Positions 30,744 to 40,913 of a stretch of 64,000 bases of DNA are shown piece by piece. Positions within the stretch are counted from its first letter, which is position 1; every line of letters starts with the position of its first letter. Source of the DNA: an uncultured Gammaproteobacteria bacterium (GTDB taxonomy: Bacteria; Patescibacteriota; Microgenomatia; UBA10105); assembly GCA_964412165.1 (NCBI GenBank), contig CAYPMW010000001.1:16316-80315 (forward strand), in the 5' to 3' direction. The position numbers and the translations under genes are program-made. Under the pieces are notes generated by a model. It saw only the letters and a list, made by a program, of their open reading frames with translations. It searched no databases and was not told where the DNA came from.

Positions 30744-30771
30744 TGGTGTAAGGTGGTGTAAAATGGTGAAA
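30744..30771 (+). repeat. Three phased direct repeats TGGTG(T/A)AA with 10-bp spacing; candidate MraZ operator
   Basis: TGGTGTAA at 30744-51, TGGTGTAA at 30754-61 and TGGTGAAA at 30764-71. The last repeat overlaps the mraZ ATG at 30763. Confidence 0.45.
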
Positions 30772-31197
30772 GTCTCTAAATTGGGTTTGTTTCTCGGGGA
30801 ATATCGGCATACACTCACGGATAAAAACAGAGTTGCACTGCCAAAACGTATCAGAGTAGAAATTGAAGGATTTGAGGTGATTCTCGCTCAGGGGTATGAC
30901 CAGTGTATTGTGGGATATACAAAAAATACCTGGGAAGATATGGCAATGCAGCCATTAGCCATACCAAGTTATGAAGAACAGGGAAGAGTACTCCGCAGGC
31001 GTTTGTTTTCTACAGCAGTAGTAGTTGAACTTGATACGCAAGGCAGAGCGGTACTACCTGAACGACTGCTTAAATGGGCAACGCTTGAGGGTCAGATTGG
31101 GGAGGAAGTAGTGATAATTGGGGCTGGAGATCATTTCGAGATTTGGCAAATGGATCTATGGGAAAAATATCTTGATCGGATGCAGAATCAGGGGTAA
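30763..31197 (+). CDS. mraZ: Division/cell wall cluster transcriptional regulator MraZ
   Basis: Contains the FLGEYRHTLTDKNRVALPKRIR motif (DxKxR-type) and the second half-repeat; about 144 aa. First gene of the dcw cluster. Confidence 0.8.
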   Translation: MVKVSKLGLFLGEYRHTLTDKNRVALPKRIRVEIEGFEVILAQGYDQCIVGYTKNTWEDMAMQPLAIPSYEEQGRVLRRRLFSTAVVVELDTQGRAVLPERLLKWATLEGQIGEEVVIIGAGDHFEIWQMDLWEKYLDRMQNQG

Positions 31198-31364
31198 CGA
31201 TTGAGGAGATTTGTAAACCTATCGGGTAAGTAGCCTACCCCGGTTTACCTAAACTTAGGAGGTGATTTTTTTGAGTTTTCTACTGAATGGCAATAAAATG
31301 CGTCGCAGATTAGCGCAAATTCTTGCTCAGGCAGCCGAAAGCGAAGCAAATCAGGAAAAGAATA

Positions 31365-32288
31365 ATGAGATTAAACAAGAACAACCAGATACACATACCA
31401 GTTCTGTTGACTGAAGTACTGGGGTATCTACAAGTTGTTCCGGACAATTGGTATATTGATGCGACGGCCGGTTTCGGCGGACATACAGAGAAAATAATAG
31501 ATCAAGGGGGAAGAGTTCTCGCTATTGAATGGGATAAAGATGCAGTTGCATTCTTAGAAGGAAAATTTACAGGTGAAATCAAATCAAGACGGTTAATCAT
31601 AGCGAAAGGAAATTTTATACACGTAAGAAGATTTTCACTGAAATTTGGACTACCAAAGATAAAGGGAATTCTTTTTGATCTGGGAATGTCGACTTTTCAA
31701 ATAAAGAACTCTATGAAAGGATTTTCTTTTTTAAAGCATGAAAAACTGGATATGCGGATGACGGAGGATATTCAGACTGATGCATATACGATTATTAATT
31801 CAAGTAGTTTGGATGAGCTGACCTTTATCTTCATGAAATATGGGGAAGAACGGTTTGCACTTGAAATAGCTCGTGATATCGTCCGTATTCGTAAAGTAAA
31901 ACCAATTAGATACGCTGATGAATTAGCTGAAATAGTAGAGAAAATATATAAATCAAAACATCTACGTATAGAGCAACACGCTGCCACTCAGATTTTTCAA
32001 GCTTTACGTATGTATACAAACCACGAATTAGACAACTTGAAGTTAGCACTGCCTGACTCATATTCACTACTTGATATAGGTGGACGTCTGGTCGTTATCA
32101 GTTTTCATTCGCTCGAAGACCGGATGGTAAAACAACATTTTCAGCGATTCCAAAAAGAACATGGTGCTCTCGAGCTTACTCATAAGCCGATCCGGGCTCG
32201 GAAAGAAGAAATTCAGAGGAACCCATCTGCCCGAAGCGCTAAATTAAGAGTTGTAGGAAAAAATCATTCATATGAAGTCAAATCATAG
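31365..32288 (+). CDS. rsmH: 16S rRNA (cytosine1402-N4)-methyltransferase RsmH
   Basis: HIPVLLTEVLGYL...YIDATAGFGGHTEKII. The start is taken at the internal ATG (MRLNK). Confidence 0.85.
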   Translation: MRLNKNNQIHIPVLLTEVLGYLQVVPDNWYIDATAGFGGHTEKIIDQGGRVLAIEWDKDAVAFLEGKFTGEIKSRRLIIAKGNFIHVRRFSLKFGLPKIKGILFDLGMSTFQIKNSMKGFSFLKHEKLDMRMTEDIQTDAYTIINSSSLDELTFIFMKYGEERFALEIARDIVRIRKVKPIRYADELAEIVEKIYKSKHLRIEQHAATQIFQALRMYTNHELDNLKLALPDSYSLLDIGGRLVVISFHSLEDRMVKQHFQRFQKEHGALELTHKPIRARKEEIQRNPSARSAKLRVVGKNHSYEVKS

Positions 32289-32604
32289 AAAGCTTTCAGA
32301 TATGAGTAGTAAAGCAATTTTTACAGTACTGCCTGTTGTATGTGCTGGATTAATAATTATTCTTTTAGTTATTCAGGTTGTAGTGTCAAACAGGCTTGCG
32401 GCAATGGGATCTCATTTAGTAGAGATCGAGTCTGACATTAATAATTTGAACAATGAAAAAAATCGATTGAGTGAAAAAATTGCTTCATCTTCGTCCCATT
32501 TGACACTGTTACAAAAAGCTCGTGAGATAGGTTTTACTCAGCCGATAAATCCAATGTTTTATACCTCTCAGCAGTCTGTGGCTTTTGATGGTAGTGATAA
32601 TTAA
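32272..32604 (+). CDS. ftsL: Cell division protein FtsL-like
   Basis: 110 aa with a single TM helix and a coiled-coil (NNLNNEKNRLSEKIASS). It sits in the canonical position between rsmH and ftsI. Confidence 0.5.
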   Translation: MKSNHRKLSDMSSKAIFTVLPVVCAGLIIILLVIQVVVSNRLAAMGSHLVEIESDINNLNNEKNRLSEKIASSSSHLTLLQKAREIGFTQPINPMFYTSQQSVAFDGSDN

Positions 32605-32612
32605 ACTCAAGT

Positions 32613-34289
32613 ATGTGGCGGCAACGGCTTATTCTCAGCTTGTTTGTATTTGTATTTATTGCAGTGGCAGTTCGGTTATTTTATTTCCAGATACTAGTAG
32701 GAGAAACTCTTGCACAGGCGGCTTCAAACCAATATTACTTTACTCTTGATTTACTCCCTCAGCGAGGAAAAATAATAACGAGCGACAAGAATCCTTTGGT
32801 TATGAACCAGCCTGCGTATTTAACATATGCTGAAGTAAAAAAAATTGCAAATATTTCAGAATTTACCGATAAAATTTCAACAATTCTTGAGCTGGATAAA
32901 AATGACTTGATAGGTAGACTCAATCAGGAAAAAATTGTTTGGGTATCACTCAAGCACAAAGTAGAAGAAGAAAAACGCCAACAACTAGAGAATTTACAAC
33001 TCACAGGTCTTGGTTTTGAAAAGGAAGGCAAGCGGTATTATCCTGAAGCTTCAATGGCAGCTCAGTTATTGGGTTTTTTAGGGAGTGATGATTACGGTAA
33101 TGATAAAGGATATTTTGGGGTTGAAGGTTACTACAATCGGGCACTCGCTGGAAAATCCGGTTCACTTATCCAAGAGAAGGATGCTCGGGGGTATCCGATG
33201 CTATTAGGGGAAACGCAGCGTATTAATGCAGAAGATGGTCAGGATTTGGTTCTTTATCTTGATCGGACTGTTCAAACGATCATCGAAACTAAATTGGAGG
33301 AGGGAATAAATAAATATGGAGCTAAAGAAGGTTTAATTGGCGTGATGGACCCTACTACGGGTGGAATTCTGGGTATGGCAGCTTGGCCAAAATATGATCC
33401 TCGTGAATATTCAAAATCTGATCAAAACTTGTTTGTAAATCCGTTAGTGGCTGATTCCTACGAACCGGGTTCTATATTTAAGATCATTGTGATGGCATCA
33501 GCCATAAATGAGAAAAAAGTCACTCAAAAAACGGAATTTAACGAGGACGGTCCGATTCAAATTGGAGAGTATCAAATAAAAACGTGGAATGATGTGTACA
33601 AAGGTAAAATCACGACTGCAAAAATCATCGAAACTTCATCAAATCCGGGAATGGTACAAGTCGGAAGACTTTTGGGCAAAGAAAATTTATATAAATATTT
33701 AAAAAAATTTGGTTTCAACGACAAAACCGGTGTTGACTTGGAAGATGAAACTGCCACACCCTTGCGACCATTTGTGGAGTGGGCGGACATAGATTTTGCT
33801 ACAGTAACTTTTGGACAAGGAATAGCCGTAACTCCGACTCAAATGCTTCAAGCTGTATCGGCAATTGCCAATGGTGGTAAATTAATCCGTCCCAGAGTAG
33901 TCAGAGAGATTGTAGACGCAACGGGTAAAGTTTTAGAACACAGGCCGGAGGTGATACGAGAAGTAATCAAGCCGACTGCAGCAAAAATAATCACTGATAT
34001 TATGATTCAGGCGGTAGATAATGGTGAAGTACGTTATTTCAAACCTAAAGGATATAGAATCGCAGGGAAGACTGGCACCGCTCAAGTTCCAATTAAGGGG
34101 CATTACGATCCAGATAAGACAATTGCCTCTTATATTGGTTTTGCTCCGGCTGACAAACCAAAATTTGTTATCATCGTGAGACTCACAGAACCTACACGCA
34201 GTCCATGGGGTTCAACAACCGCTGCTCCAGTGTTTTTCTCGGTAGCTCAAGAGCTGTTTACCTACTATGGAATCCCCCCAACAAATTAG
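32613..34289 (+). CDS. ftsI: Penicillin-binding protein, class B transpeptidase (FtsI/PBP2-like)
   Basis: N-terminal TM helix, the SxxK motif (SIFK) and the KTGT motif (AGKTGTAQ). Confidence 0.8.
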   Translation: MWRQRLILSLFVFVFIAVAVRLFYFQILVGETLAQAASNQYYFTLDLLPQRGKIITSDKNPLVMNQPAYLTYAEVKKIANISEFTDKISTILELDKNDLIGRLNQEKIVWVSLKHKVEEEKRQQLENLQLTGLGFEKEGKRYYPEASMAAQLLGFLGSDDYGNDKGYFGVEGYYNRALAGKSGSLIQEKDARGYPMLLGETQRINAEDGQDLVLYLDRTVQTIIETKLEEGINKYGAKEGLIGVMDPTTGGILGMAAWPKYDPREYSKSDQNLFVNPLVADSYEPGSIFKIIVMASAINEKKVTQKTEFNEDGPIQIGEYQIKTWNDVYKGKITTAKIIETSSNPGMVQVGRLLGKENLYKYLKKFGFNDKTGVDLEDETATPLRPFVEWADIDFATVTFGQGIAVTPTQMLQAVSAIANGGKLIRPRVVREIVDATGKVLEHRPEVIREVIKPTAAKIITDIMIQAVDNGEVRYFKPKGYRIAGKTGTAQVPIKGHYDPDKTIASYIGFAPADKPKFVIIVRLTEPTRSPWGSTTAAPVFFSVAQELFTYYGIPPTN

Positions 34290-34394
34290 TGGATACATTT
34301 TGTTACAATATACAACTATACGGTAATCCGTAATCAAAGGTAATTAAAATTAATTTAGTGGGATAGTCGATTTCACCTGTAAGTTTACATTAAG

Positions 34395-35132
34395 ATGCTT
34401 AGACAAAACCATAATTGCACTGATTACTTTTCAGTATATTCCAGGTGTAACAATTTTCATTGTTTTATTACAGAGCGTGGTAAAGGGAGTTTTCTTGATA
34501 CAACTGAAGCTCTTTCAAGATTTGATGAAATAAAATCCGAATTGGGTATAAACGATGGATCTTTGTATCTTATGAACCAAGTACACTCAAATAAAATACA
34601 GGTGGTAACCTCGAAGTCTCAAAATAACCCTTACGTTGATGCGCTAGTAACTGCTGAAAAAAATATTTACCTCGGAGTGAGAGTGGCAGATTGCGTCCCT
34701 GTATTTTTTTATGACTCTAAAAAAGAAGTGGCGGGAGTGGCTCATGCAGGATGGAAGGGAACACTTGGTAATATAACCAAAAGGGTCATCGATACGTTTA
34801 TTGCGTTTGGCTCGAGTACCGATGACATATATATAGCTATAGGTCCACATATTGGCCCATGTTGTTATAATGTACCTCTGGAAAGAGCTAATTTATTTTC
34901 CGAAACTTTTAGTGATAGTTTAGTCGTATCCACACGTAGCGGTAAGACTTATCTGGATATAGGTCGAGTAAATTACATACAACTAGTGCACATGGGAATT
35001 AAAAAAAACCATATCGACATCCCACCTACCTGCACATCATGTCAAATCGACCGATTTTTTTCCTTTCGTAAAGACTCAAAACCAACATTTGGTGAAATGT
35101 TAGGCGTTATTGGGATGGAGTCTATAGAATGA
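34395..35132 (+). CDS. pgeF: YfiH/PgeF-family (DUF152, laccase-domain) purine nucleoside phosphorylase / peptidoglycan editing factor
   Basis: VRVADCVPVFFYD...VAHAGWKGT...GPHIGPCCYNV, the family motifs including Cys/His ligands. Confidence 0.75.
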   Translation: MLRQNHNCTDYFSVYSRCNNFHCFITERGKGSFLDTTEALSRFDEIKSELGINDGSLYLMNQVHSNKIQVVTSKSQNNPYVDALVTAEKNIYLGVRVADCVPVFFYDSKKEVAGVAHAGWKGTLGNITKRVIDTFIAFGSSTDDIYIAIGPHIGPCCYNVPLERANLFSETFSDSLVVSTRSGKTYLDIGRVNYIQLVHMGIKKNHIDIPPTCTSCQIDRFFSFRKDSKPTFGEMLGVIGMESIE

Positions 35133-36541
35133 GTATGTCACTCTCAGATTCTACCGTCGCCCACTTCGTAGGCATAAAAGGTGTCGCAATGACTAGTCTG
35201 GCAATCATTGCTCAAGAGATGGGAATACAGGTTACTGGATCAGACACCACAGAAGTTTTTCCGACCGATGCAATACTCAAACGATTTGGCATTACTTATA
35301 TGCATGGTTTTTCTCCTAAGCATATTCCTCATAATTGTGATGTTTTGGTATATACAGGAGCGCATGAAGGACAACAGAATCGAGAAGTCATCGCTGCGAA
35401 GAAAAAGGGAATCGCTACCTTACCTCATGCACGGGCGTTAGCCGACGTGATGCGGGAAAAAAAAACCATATCTATAGCTGGTTCACATGGTAAAACAACC
35501 ACGTCTGCTCTTATAAGCAGTATGTTTACCACAGCGGGAACTAATCCATCATATGCTACCGGTTGCGCTGAAATACTGCATTTAGGCAGACCTGCAAAAT
35601 TCGGAACTGGTGAATGGTTTATCGCTGAGGCAGATGAATATGTGACTGATCCGACATCAGATCAGACGCCTCGTTTCCTCTGGCAGTATCCAGAGATTTT
35701 AACGGTGACTAATATAGACTTTGATCATCCCGATGTGTATAAATCCTTAGGTGATGTAATCATGGCGTTTAAACGATTTGCACAAAACGTGAATAATAGC
35801 GGAGCTATAATTCTTAACTACGATGATGATTCATCTATGAATATTGCCTCTACAGTAAAACGAAAATTGTATACGTTTGGACAACATCAGAAAGCAGATT
35901 TTCATATATCAAAGATTACATTCACGAAATATACTACATTTTTTAACCTGCGTTTTAGAAATGATTGGAACCATACCTTTGGGTTGAATATTCCCGGTGA
36001 ACATAATGTGTACAATGCGTCGGCAGCAATTGCTACAAGTTTTTTGGCTAAAATACCGTTAAAAGCTATAACTAAAGCACTTGGGGCATTTAGGGGTACT
36101 AAAAGAAGATTTGAATTGATTAGAGAAATAAATGGCAAGCAATTGTTTGATGATTACGCTCATCATCCTGCTGAAATTCGAGCCACGCTTAAAGCGGCAA
36201 AAAATCGGTATCCACATAACCGTATAATTGTGATATTTCAACCCCATACGTATAGTCGAACTGAAAGTTTGTTACAGGATTTTGGTAAAGCATTTTCTTT
36301 TGCTGACAAGATCGTTCTCATGCCGATTTATGCGTCCGCCCGGGAAAAAACAAGGAATAGTTCGTTGGATTTACGCCTGATAGAATCCATCAGGAGCAAT
36401 AAACCAGAAGCTGTCCGGATGGCCTCAAAATCGCATATGTTACAATACATCAAGTCCTTTTCCAAACCTGGTGATCTAATCATAACCATGGGTGCTGGTA
36501 GCATTTTCTCGTGGTTGGAAGAAATTTTAGAGATTTTGTGA
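35129..36541 (+). CDS. murC: UDP-N-acetylmuramate--L-alanine ligase MurC
   Basis: N-terminus HFVGIKGVAMTSLAIIAQEMGIQVTGSD and the P-loop GSHGKTTT. Confidence 0.85.
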   Translation: MSMSLSDSTVAHFVGIKGVAMTSLAIIAQEMGIQVTGSDTTEVFPTDAILKRFGITYMHGFSPKHIPHNCDVLVYTGAHEGQQNREVIAAKKKGIATLPHARALADVMREKKTISIAGSHGKTTTSALISSMFTTAGTNPSYATGCAEILHLGRPAKFGTGEWFIAEADEYVTDPTSDQTPRFLWQYPEILTVTNIDFDHPDVYKSLGDVIMAFKRFAQNVNNSGAIILNYDDDSSMNIASTVKRKLYTFGQHQKADFHISKITFTKYTTFFNLRFRNDWNHTFGLNIPGEHNVYNASAAIATSFLAKIPLKAITKALGAFRGTKRRFELIREINGKQLFDDYAHHPAEIRATLKAAKNRYPHNRIIVIFQPHTYSRTESLLQDFGKAFSFADKIVLMPIYASAREKTRNSSLDLRLIESIRSNKPEAVRMASKSHMLQYIKSFSKPGDLIITMGAGSIFSWLEEILEIL

Positions 36542-36543
36542 AT

Positions 36544-37536
36544 ATGGACAAGACATTAGTGCGAGAAACGTTACTCAAAAGACTTGAAAAAGGCCAGGTC
36601 GGATTCGATGTGCCATTGGTTCGATACACGACTCTAAAAATAGGTGGACCTGCAGATTTTTTTTACCGAGCACAGACACGTGATGAACTGGAAAAAGCGA
36701 TTAAAACTGCCATAGCAGTCAAATTACCTTATTTTGTTCTTGGTGGGGGATCAAATGTCGTCATATCCGATAAAGGGTTTCGAGGATTTATCATCAAAAA
36801 CGAATCACGTACGATCACCATCATCAAACGCCAAGGATCAATCAAAAAGGGTAAAATTCAATTGCGCCAGGCATTGGTACAAGCTGATTCCGGTGTGTTG
36901 ATAAATCAGCTGGTACGTTTTACCTGTAATGAAGGACTTGGTGGACTTGAACGCCACTTGGGCTTACCAGGAACTGTTGGTGGTGCTCTCTACATGAATT
37001 CAAAATGGACAAAACCACTTACTTACGTTGGCGATGTTTTATATCATGCGAATATAATTGATAGTTCCGGCAATACTAAAACAGTTAACCAGAGTTACTT
37101 TAAATTCGGATATGATCAAAGCATTCTCCAGGAAACCCACGATACGGTACTTAGCGCTACATTCCGTCTTACCACGACAGATAAGAAATTACTTTGGGAA
37201 CGCGCTGAAAGCTCAATGGCATATCGCAGGCAAACGCAGCCGATGGGAGTGGCCACAGCTGGCTGTACGTTTCGTAATATAGCCTTATCTGATGCAATGC
37301 GTATTTCAACGCCGCGCTATACTACCTCAGCTGGTTACTTGGTAGATCAGGTTGGTTTAAAAACCTTTGCGGTTGGCCAAGCTCGTTACTCGGACAAGCA
37401 TGCAAATTTCATCATCAATTCAGGTGAGGCTAGCGCTCATGAGGTGAAACACCTGATTGACGAAGCGAAGAGGCGGGTGAAAGAAAAATTTTCAGTTGAA
37501 ATTCAGCCTGAAATAGTCTTGGTGGGAGAATTTTAA
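36544..37536 (+). CDS. murB: UDP-N-acetylenolpyruvoylglucosamine reductase MurB
   Basis: TTLKIGGPADFF...VLGGGSNVV (the FAD-binding domain). The start is at the ATG immediately after the murC stop. Confidence 0.8.
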   Translation: MDKTLVRETLLKRLEKGQVGFDVPLVRYTTLKIGGPADFFYRAQTRDELEKAIKTAIAVKLPYFVLGGGSNVVISDKGFRGFIIKNESRTITIIKRQGSIKKGKIQLRQALVQADSGVLINQLVRFTCNEGLGGLERHLGLPGTVGGALYMNSKWTKPLTYVGDVLYHANIIDSSGNTKTVNQSYFKFGYDQSILQETHDTVLSATFRLTTTDKKLLWERAESSMAYRRQTQPMGVATAGCTFRNIALSDAMRISTPRYTTSAGYLVDQVGLKTFAVGQARYSDKHANFIINSGEASAHEVKHLIDEAKRRVKEKFSVEIQPEIVLVGEF

Positions 37537-37542
37537 AATCAT

Positions 37543-38871
37543 ATGGATAAATTCCAAGTAACTGGCGGTAAGGCTCTCCGAGGTGAGATTAGTGTCGGTG
37601 GAGCAAAAAATGTAGCGATGAAAGTGATCATTGCTGGTCTTCTTACCGAAGATACAATTACCATACACAATGTTCCCTTTATTTCATCTGTTTTAGGGAC
37701 GACTAGGATAGTTGAACCATTGGGCATGCGGGTTGAACGTACAGATCATACGCTAACGTTATCATCCCGCGGAGTCGAGAATTATAAAATTCCACTTGAA
37801 TACGGAGGTTTATATAGAACTGCCACCATGGTGATTGGTCCGCTGCTTCACCGATTTGGGAAAGCAGTTGTACCAAACCCGGGAGGATGTAGATTGGGTA
37901 AACGTCCGGTCGATTGGCATATGGGGGCATTACAAAGTATGGGTGCAGACATAGTCTACAAAGATGGTTATTACTATGCTGAAACTCGTAAACTCTCCGG
38001 AGCTCGGATTCATTTTCCCAAAAATACTCATACCGGTACAGAAACAGTGATTTTAGCGGCCTGTCTAGCTAAGGGCGAGACAGTAATTGAAAATGCAGCA
38101 CAAGAACCGGAAATCGATGATCTGATTCGTCTTTTGAATTCAATGGGAGCACTCATCAAAAGAGACGGCGCGACGATTCAAATTACAGGCGTGGCAAAAC
38201 TAAAGGGCACTGAGTTTACTATCATGCCAGATCGAAATGAAGTTGTGTCGTATGCAATAGCTGGAATTATTACCAATGGAGACGTAGTCATACATGGTAC
38301 TCAAAGAGAGCACTTACGTACGTTTCTTGATGCGCTTGACACTGTAAATGCGGGGTGGGAGCCCATATCAAGTACTTCAACTCGATTCTTTTGGAAAGGA
38401 AAACTAAAGAGTAGTCAAATTATTACTCGTCCCCATCCGGGTTTTATGACTGATTGGCAAGCCCCATGGGCAGTATTAGCCTCGTACGCAGAGGGAATAT
38501 CCACAATTCACGAAACAGTATTTGAACAACGATTTACCTATGTAATAGAATTAAGAAAGATGGGTGCAAAAATTGATTTCTTTGATCCACCGGTTGATAA
38601 TCAGCAAGACTTTTATAATTTTAACTGGCATAATCGAGATGAAAAAATGCACCAGGCTATTCGCATACAAGGTGCAACTCGGCTACATGAGGCGGTAGTG
38701 GAAATCTCTGATTTGCGCGCTGGGGCGACTTTGGTGATTGCTGCGCTAGTGGCCCAGGGGACAACAATCATCTACGGAGTAGAACACATTGATAGGGGAT
38801 ACGAAGCGTTTGAGGCTCAACTCACTGAGCTCGGGGCTGAAATAGTCCGCGTGAAGGAGTCAAATTTGTGA
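37543..38871 (+). CDS. murA: UDP-N-acetylglucosamine 1-carboxyvinyltransferase MurA
   Basis: MDKFQVTGGKALRGEISVGGAKNVAMKVI and an overall EPT fold. Confidence 0.9.
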   Translation: MDKFQVTGGKALRGEISVGGAKNVAMKVIIAGLLTEDTITIHNVPFISSVLGTTRIVEPLGMRVERTDHTLTLSSRGVENYKIPLEYGGLYRTATMVIGPLLHRFGKAVVPNPGGCRLGKRPVDWHMGALQSMGADIVYKDGYYYAETRKLSGARIHFPKNTHTGTETVILAACLAKGETVIENAAQEPEIDDLIRLLNSMGALIKRDGATIQITGVAKLKGTEFTIMPDRNEVVSYAIAGIITNGDVVIHGTQREHLRTFLDALDTVNAGWEPISSTSTRFFWKGKLKSSQIITRPHPGFMTDWQAPWAVLASYAEGISTIHETVFEQRFTYVIELRKMGAKIDFFDPPVDNQQDFYNFNWHNRDEKMHQAIRIQGATRLHEAVVEISDLRAGATLVIAALVAQGTTIIYGVEHIDRGYEAFEAQLTELGAEIVRVKESNL

Positions 38872-40160
38872 AAAATGTAACAGTAATAGTTTTGGTTGGA
38901 GGAGAGTCACGCAGATTTTGGCCTCTGTCCAATAAAATACTATTTCCTTTAGCTGGAAAAACGTATTTAGAACGTCAAATTGAAAAACTAAAAAAAAACG
39001 GTTTCCCAAATATCCTTGTAGTAACCACACCGTTTATTAAAGAACGTTTTATCGATAAACAAATTGAAGTAATTGTACAAGAAGGGAAAGGTCAGGGAAG
39101 AGCAATTTTATCAGCCAAAGCTAGTATAGGGGCAAAGCCGATTTTAGTCGTAAATGGAGATGATTTGGTAGAGGATGAGTTATTTACATCGATCAAACCA
39201 TTTATTGAAAGCGAGCAAAATTTTCTGGTGGGGATCAAACCAGCAGGATATTTCCCCGGAGGTTATTTAGAATTTGACGGTTCAGAAATAATAGGCATCA
39301 AGGAAAAACCTGGTGAAGGTAACGAACCAAGTACATGTCTAAAGCTAGTTTGCGATTACTATCATGACTGTTCGAAGCTTCTGTCGTATCTAGAACGTAC
39401 TCAAGAGACTGATTTTGATTCACACTATGAATCTGCCCTGAATTTGATGATGAAAGATGGTGAGCGATTTTCTTTGGTACAATACCGTGGAGTATGGCTG
39501 CCTTTAAAATATCCATGGCATGTTCTGGCGATCATGGATTATGTGCTTCAGAAAGAGTTTACCTCCGCTTATTCTCACCCATCTGTATTTATACATAAAA
39601 CTGCGGAAATTTCAGGCGCGGTCGTAATTGATGCGAACGTTAAAATTATGGAGTATGCAAAAATTGTGGGTCCTACTTATATTGGTGCTGGATCAGTCAT
39701 CGGAAATCATACCATGGTTAGATCGTCAATGATTGGTGAACATGCAGTCATTGGATTCGGATCGGATGTGACTAGAAGCTTTATTGGAAACGAGACCTGG
39801 CTTCATACGAACTACGTTGGTGATAGTGTACTTTCCGATAATGTCGGGGTCGGTGCTGGTGCAGTTTTAGCAAATTTACGGCTAGATGAAAAAGAAATCG
39901 AGTCAAGTGTAAATGGGATAAGAATTAACACTAATCGAATCAAAGCTGGCGCTTTTGTAGGAGAGGGGAGTCGAATCGGAATCCAGGCTCAAGTGATGCC
40001 GGGAATAAAAATTGGCAGATTTAGTCTGATCGGGCCAGGTGTGCTTTTAAACGAAGATTTAGGCGATAATAAACGCTGTTATATCAAACAGGAGCACACG
40101 GTAACTGATTATTATCCAGTTAATATCCCTGATCGAGATCGATTCCGCAAATTGCTGTAA
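38868..40160 (+). CDS. GlmU-like bifunctional sugar-1-phosphate nucleotidyltransferase / LbH acyltransferase
   Basis: N-terminus VLVGGESRRFWPLS (NTP-transferase); the C-terminus has a long run of hexapeptide repeats (IGAGSVIGNHTMV...VGVGAGAVLANL). Confidence 0.5.
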   Translation: MKNVTVIVLVGGESRRFWPLSNKILFPLAGKTYLERQIEKLKKNGFPNILVVTTPFIKERFIDKQIEVIVQEGKGQGRAILSAKASIGAKPILVVNGDDLVEDELFTSIKPFIESEQNFLVGIKPAGYFPGGYLEFDGSEIIGIKEKPGEGNEPSTCLKLVCDYYHDCSKLLSYLERTQETDFDSHYESALNLMMKDGERFSLVQYRGVWLPLKYPWHVLAIMDYVLQKEFTSAYSHPSVFIHKTAEISGAVVIDANVKIMEYAKIVGPTYIGAGSVIGNHTMVRSSMIGEHAVIGFGSDVTRSFIGNETWLHTNYVGDSVLSDNVGVGAGAVLANLRLDEKEIESSVNGIRINTNRIKAGAFVGEGSRIGIQAQVMPGIKIGRFSLIGPGVLLNEDLGDNKRCYIKQEHTVTDYYPVNIPDRDRFRKLL

Positions 40161-40172
40161 CACCTGATACAT

Positions 40173-40913
40173 GTGAATGTTCGTATGTTAACACGCCATT
40201 TTCCGATACTCATATTACCAGGTTGGATGATGGATGCAGCTCATTATACTGTTTGTGCGAACGAATTTAAGAATTTAAGGTATGAAACGTACACGGTCTC
40301 GTTTCCGGGTTTTCCAAATGGACCGTCTATTGAAAAAGCATATGGTTTAACTGATTATGTAATATATTTAGATAAATATTTAAAGAAACATCAAATAAAA
40401 AAAGGAATTTTCATCTGTCATTCATTCGGCGGGAGAGTTGCACTTAAGTACCTGTCTCAAAATCCAGATAAAGCTTATGCTTTGATTCTTTCCGGAACAC
40501 CGGGATTTCCTAGCCAGCGCTTATACACAATACTTATTATAGGGCTCACAAAATTAGGAAATATAGTCTCGTACATTCCACCAATACTTTTTTTTCGTAA
40601 TACACTCAAACGTCTGATATATAAACGACTGGGATCAAAAGATTATTATTTTTCCCAAGGACTAATGAAGGAAACCTTCATCCGCATTGTGAATGAATCC
40701 TTAATTGACTATATGAGAAAAATCCGCCTACCAACTCTTCTTTTATGGGGTGAGAAGGACAACATGGTGAAAGTAACAGTTGCGAAAAGGATGCGTGAGG
40801 CAATAAAAAATGTCAGTCTCATAATTATTCCTGGGGGCAATCACAGTTTATTAATTAATCAGCCGAAGCGTTTTGTCCAAGAAGTTGTTGGGTATCTAGA
40901 CAAATTGACATGA
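40173..40913 (+). CDS. Alpha/beta hydrolase fold protein
   Basis: The nucleophile elbow HSFGG, a C-terminal His (GGNHS), and the right length. Confidence 0.55.
   Translation: MNVRMLTRHFPILILPGWMMDAAHYTVCANEFKNLRYETYTVSFPGFPNGPSIEKAYGLTDYVIYLDKYLKKHQIKKGIFICHSFGGRVALKYLSQNPDKAYALILSGTPGFPSQRLYTILIIGLTKLGNIVSYIPPILFFRNTLKRLIYKRLGSKDYYFSQGLMKETFIRIVNESLIDYMRKIRLPTLLLWGEKDNMVKVTVAKRMREAIKNVSLIIIPGGNHSLLINQPKRFVQEVVGYLDKLT

Noticed and set aside
31224-31240. Hairpin GGGTA-AGTAGCC-TACCC after mraZ; a possible terminator
   Set aside because: Only a 5-bp stem with no following U-run. It sits inside an operon (mraZ-rsmH) where read-through is expected.
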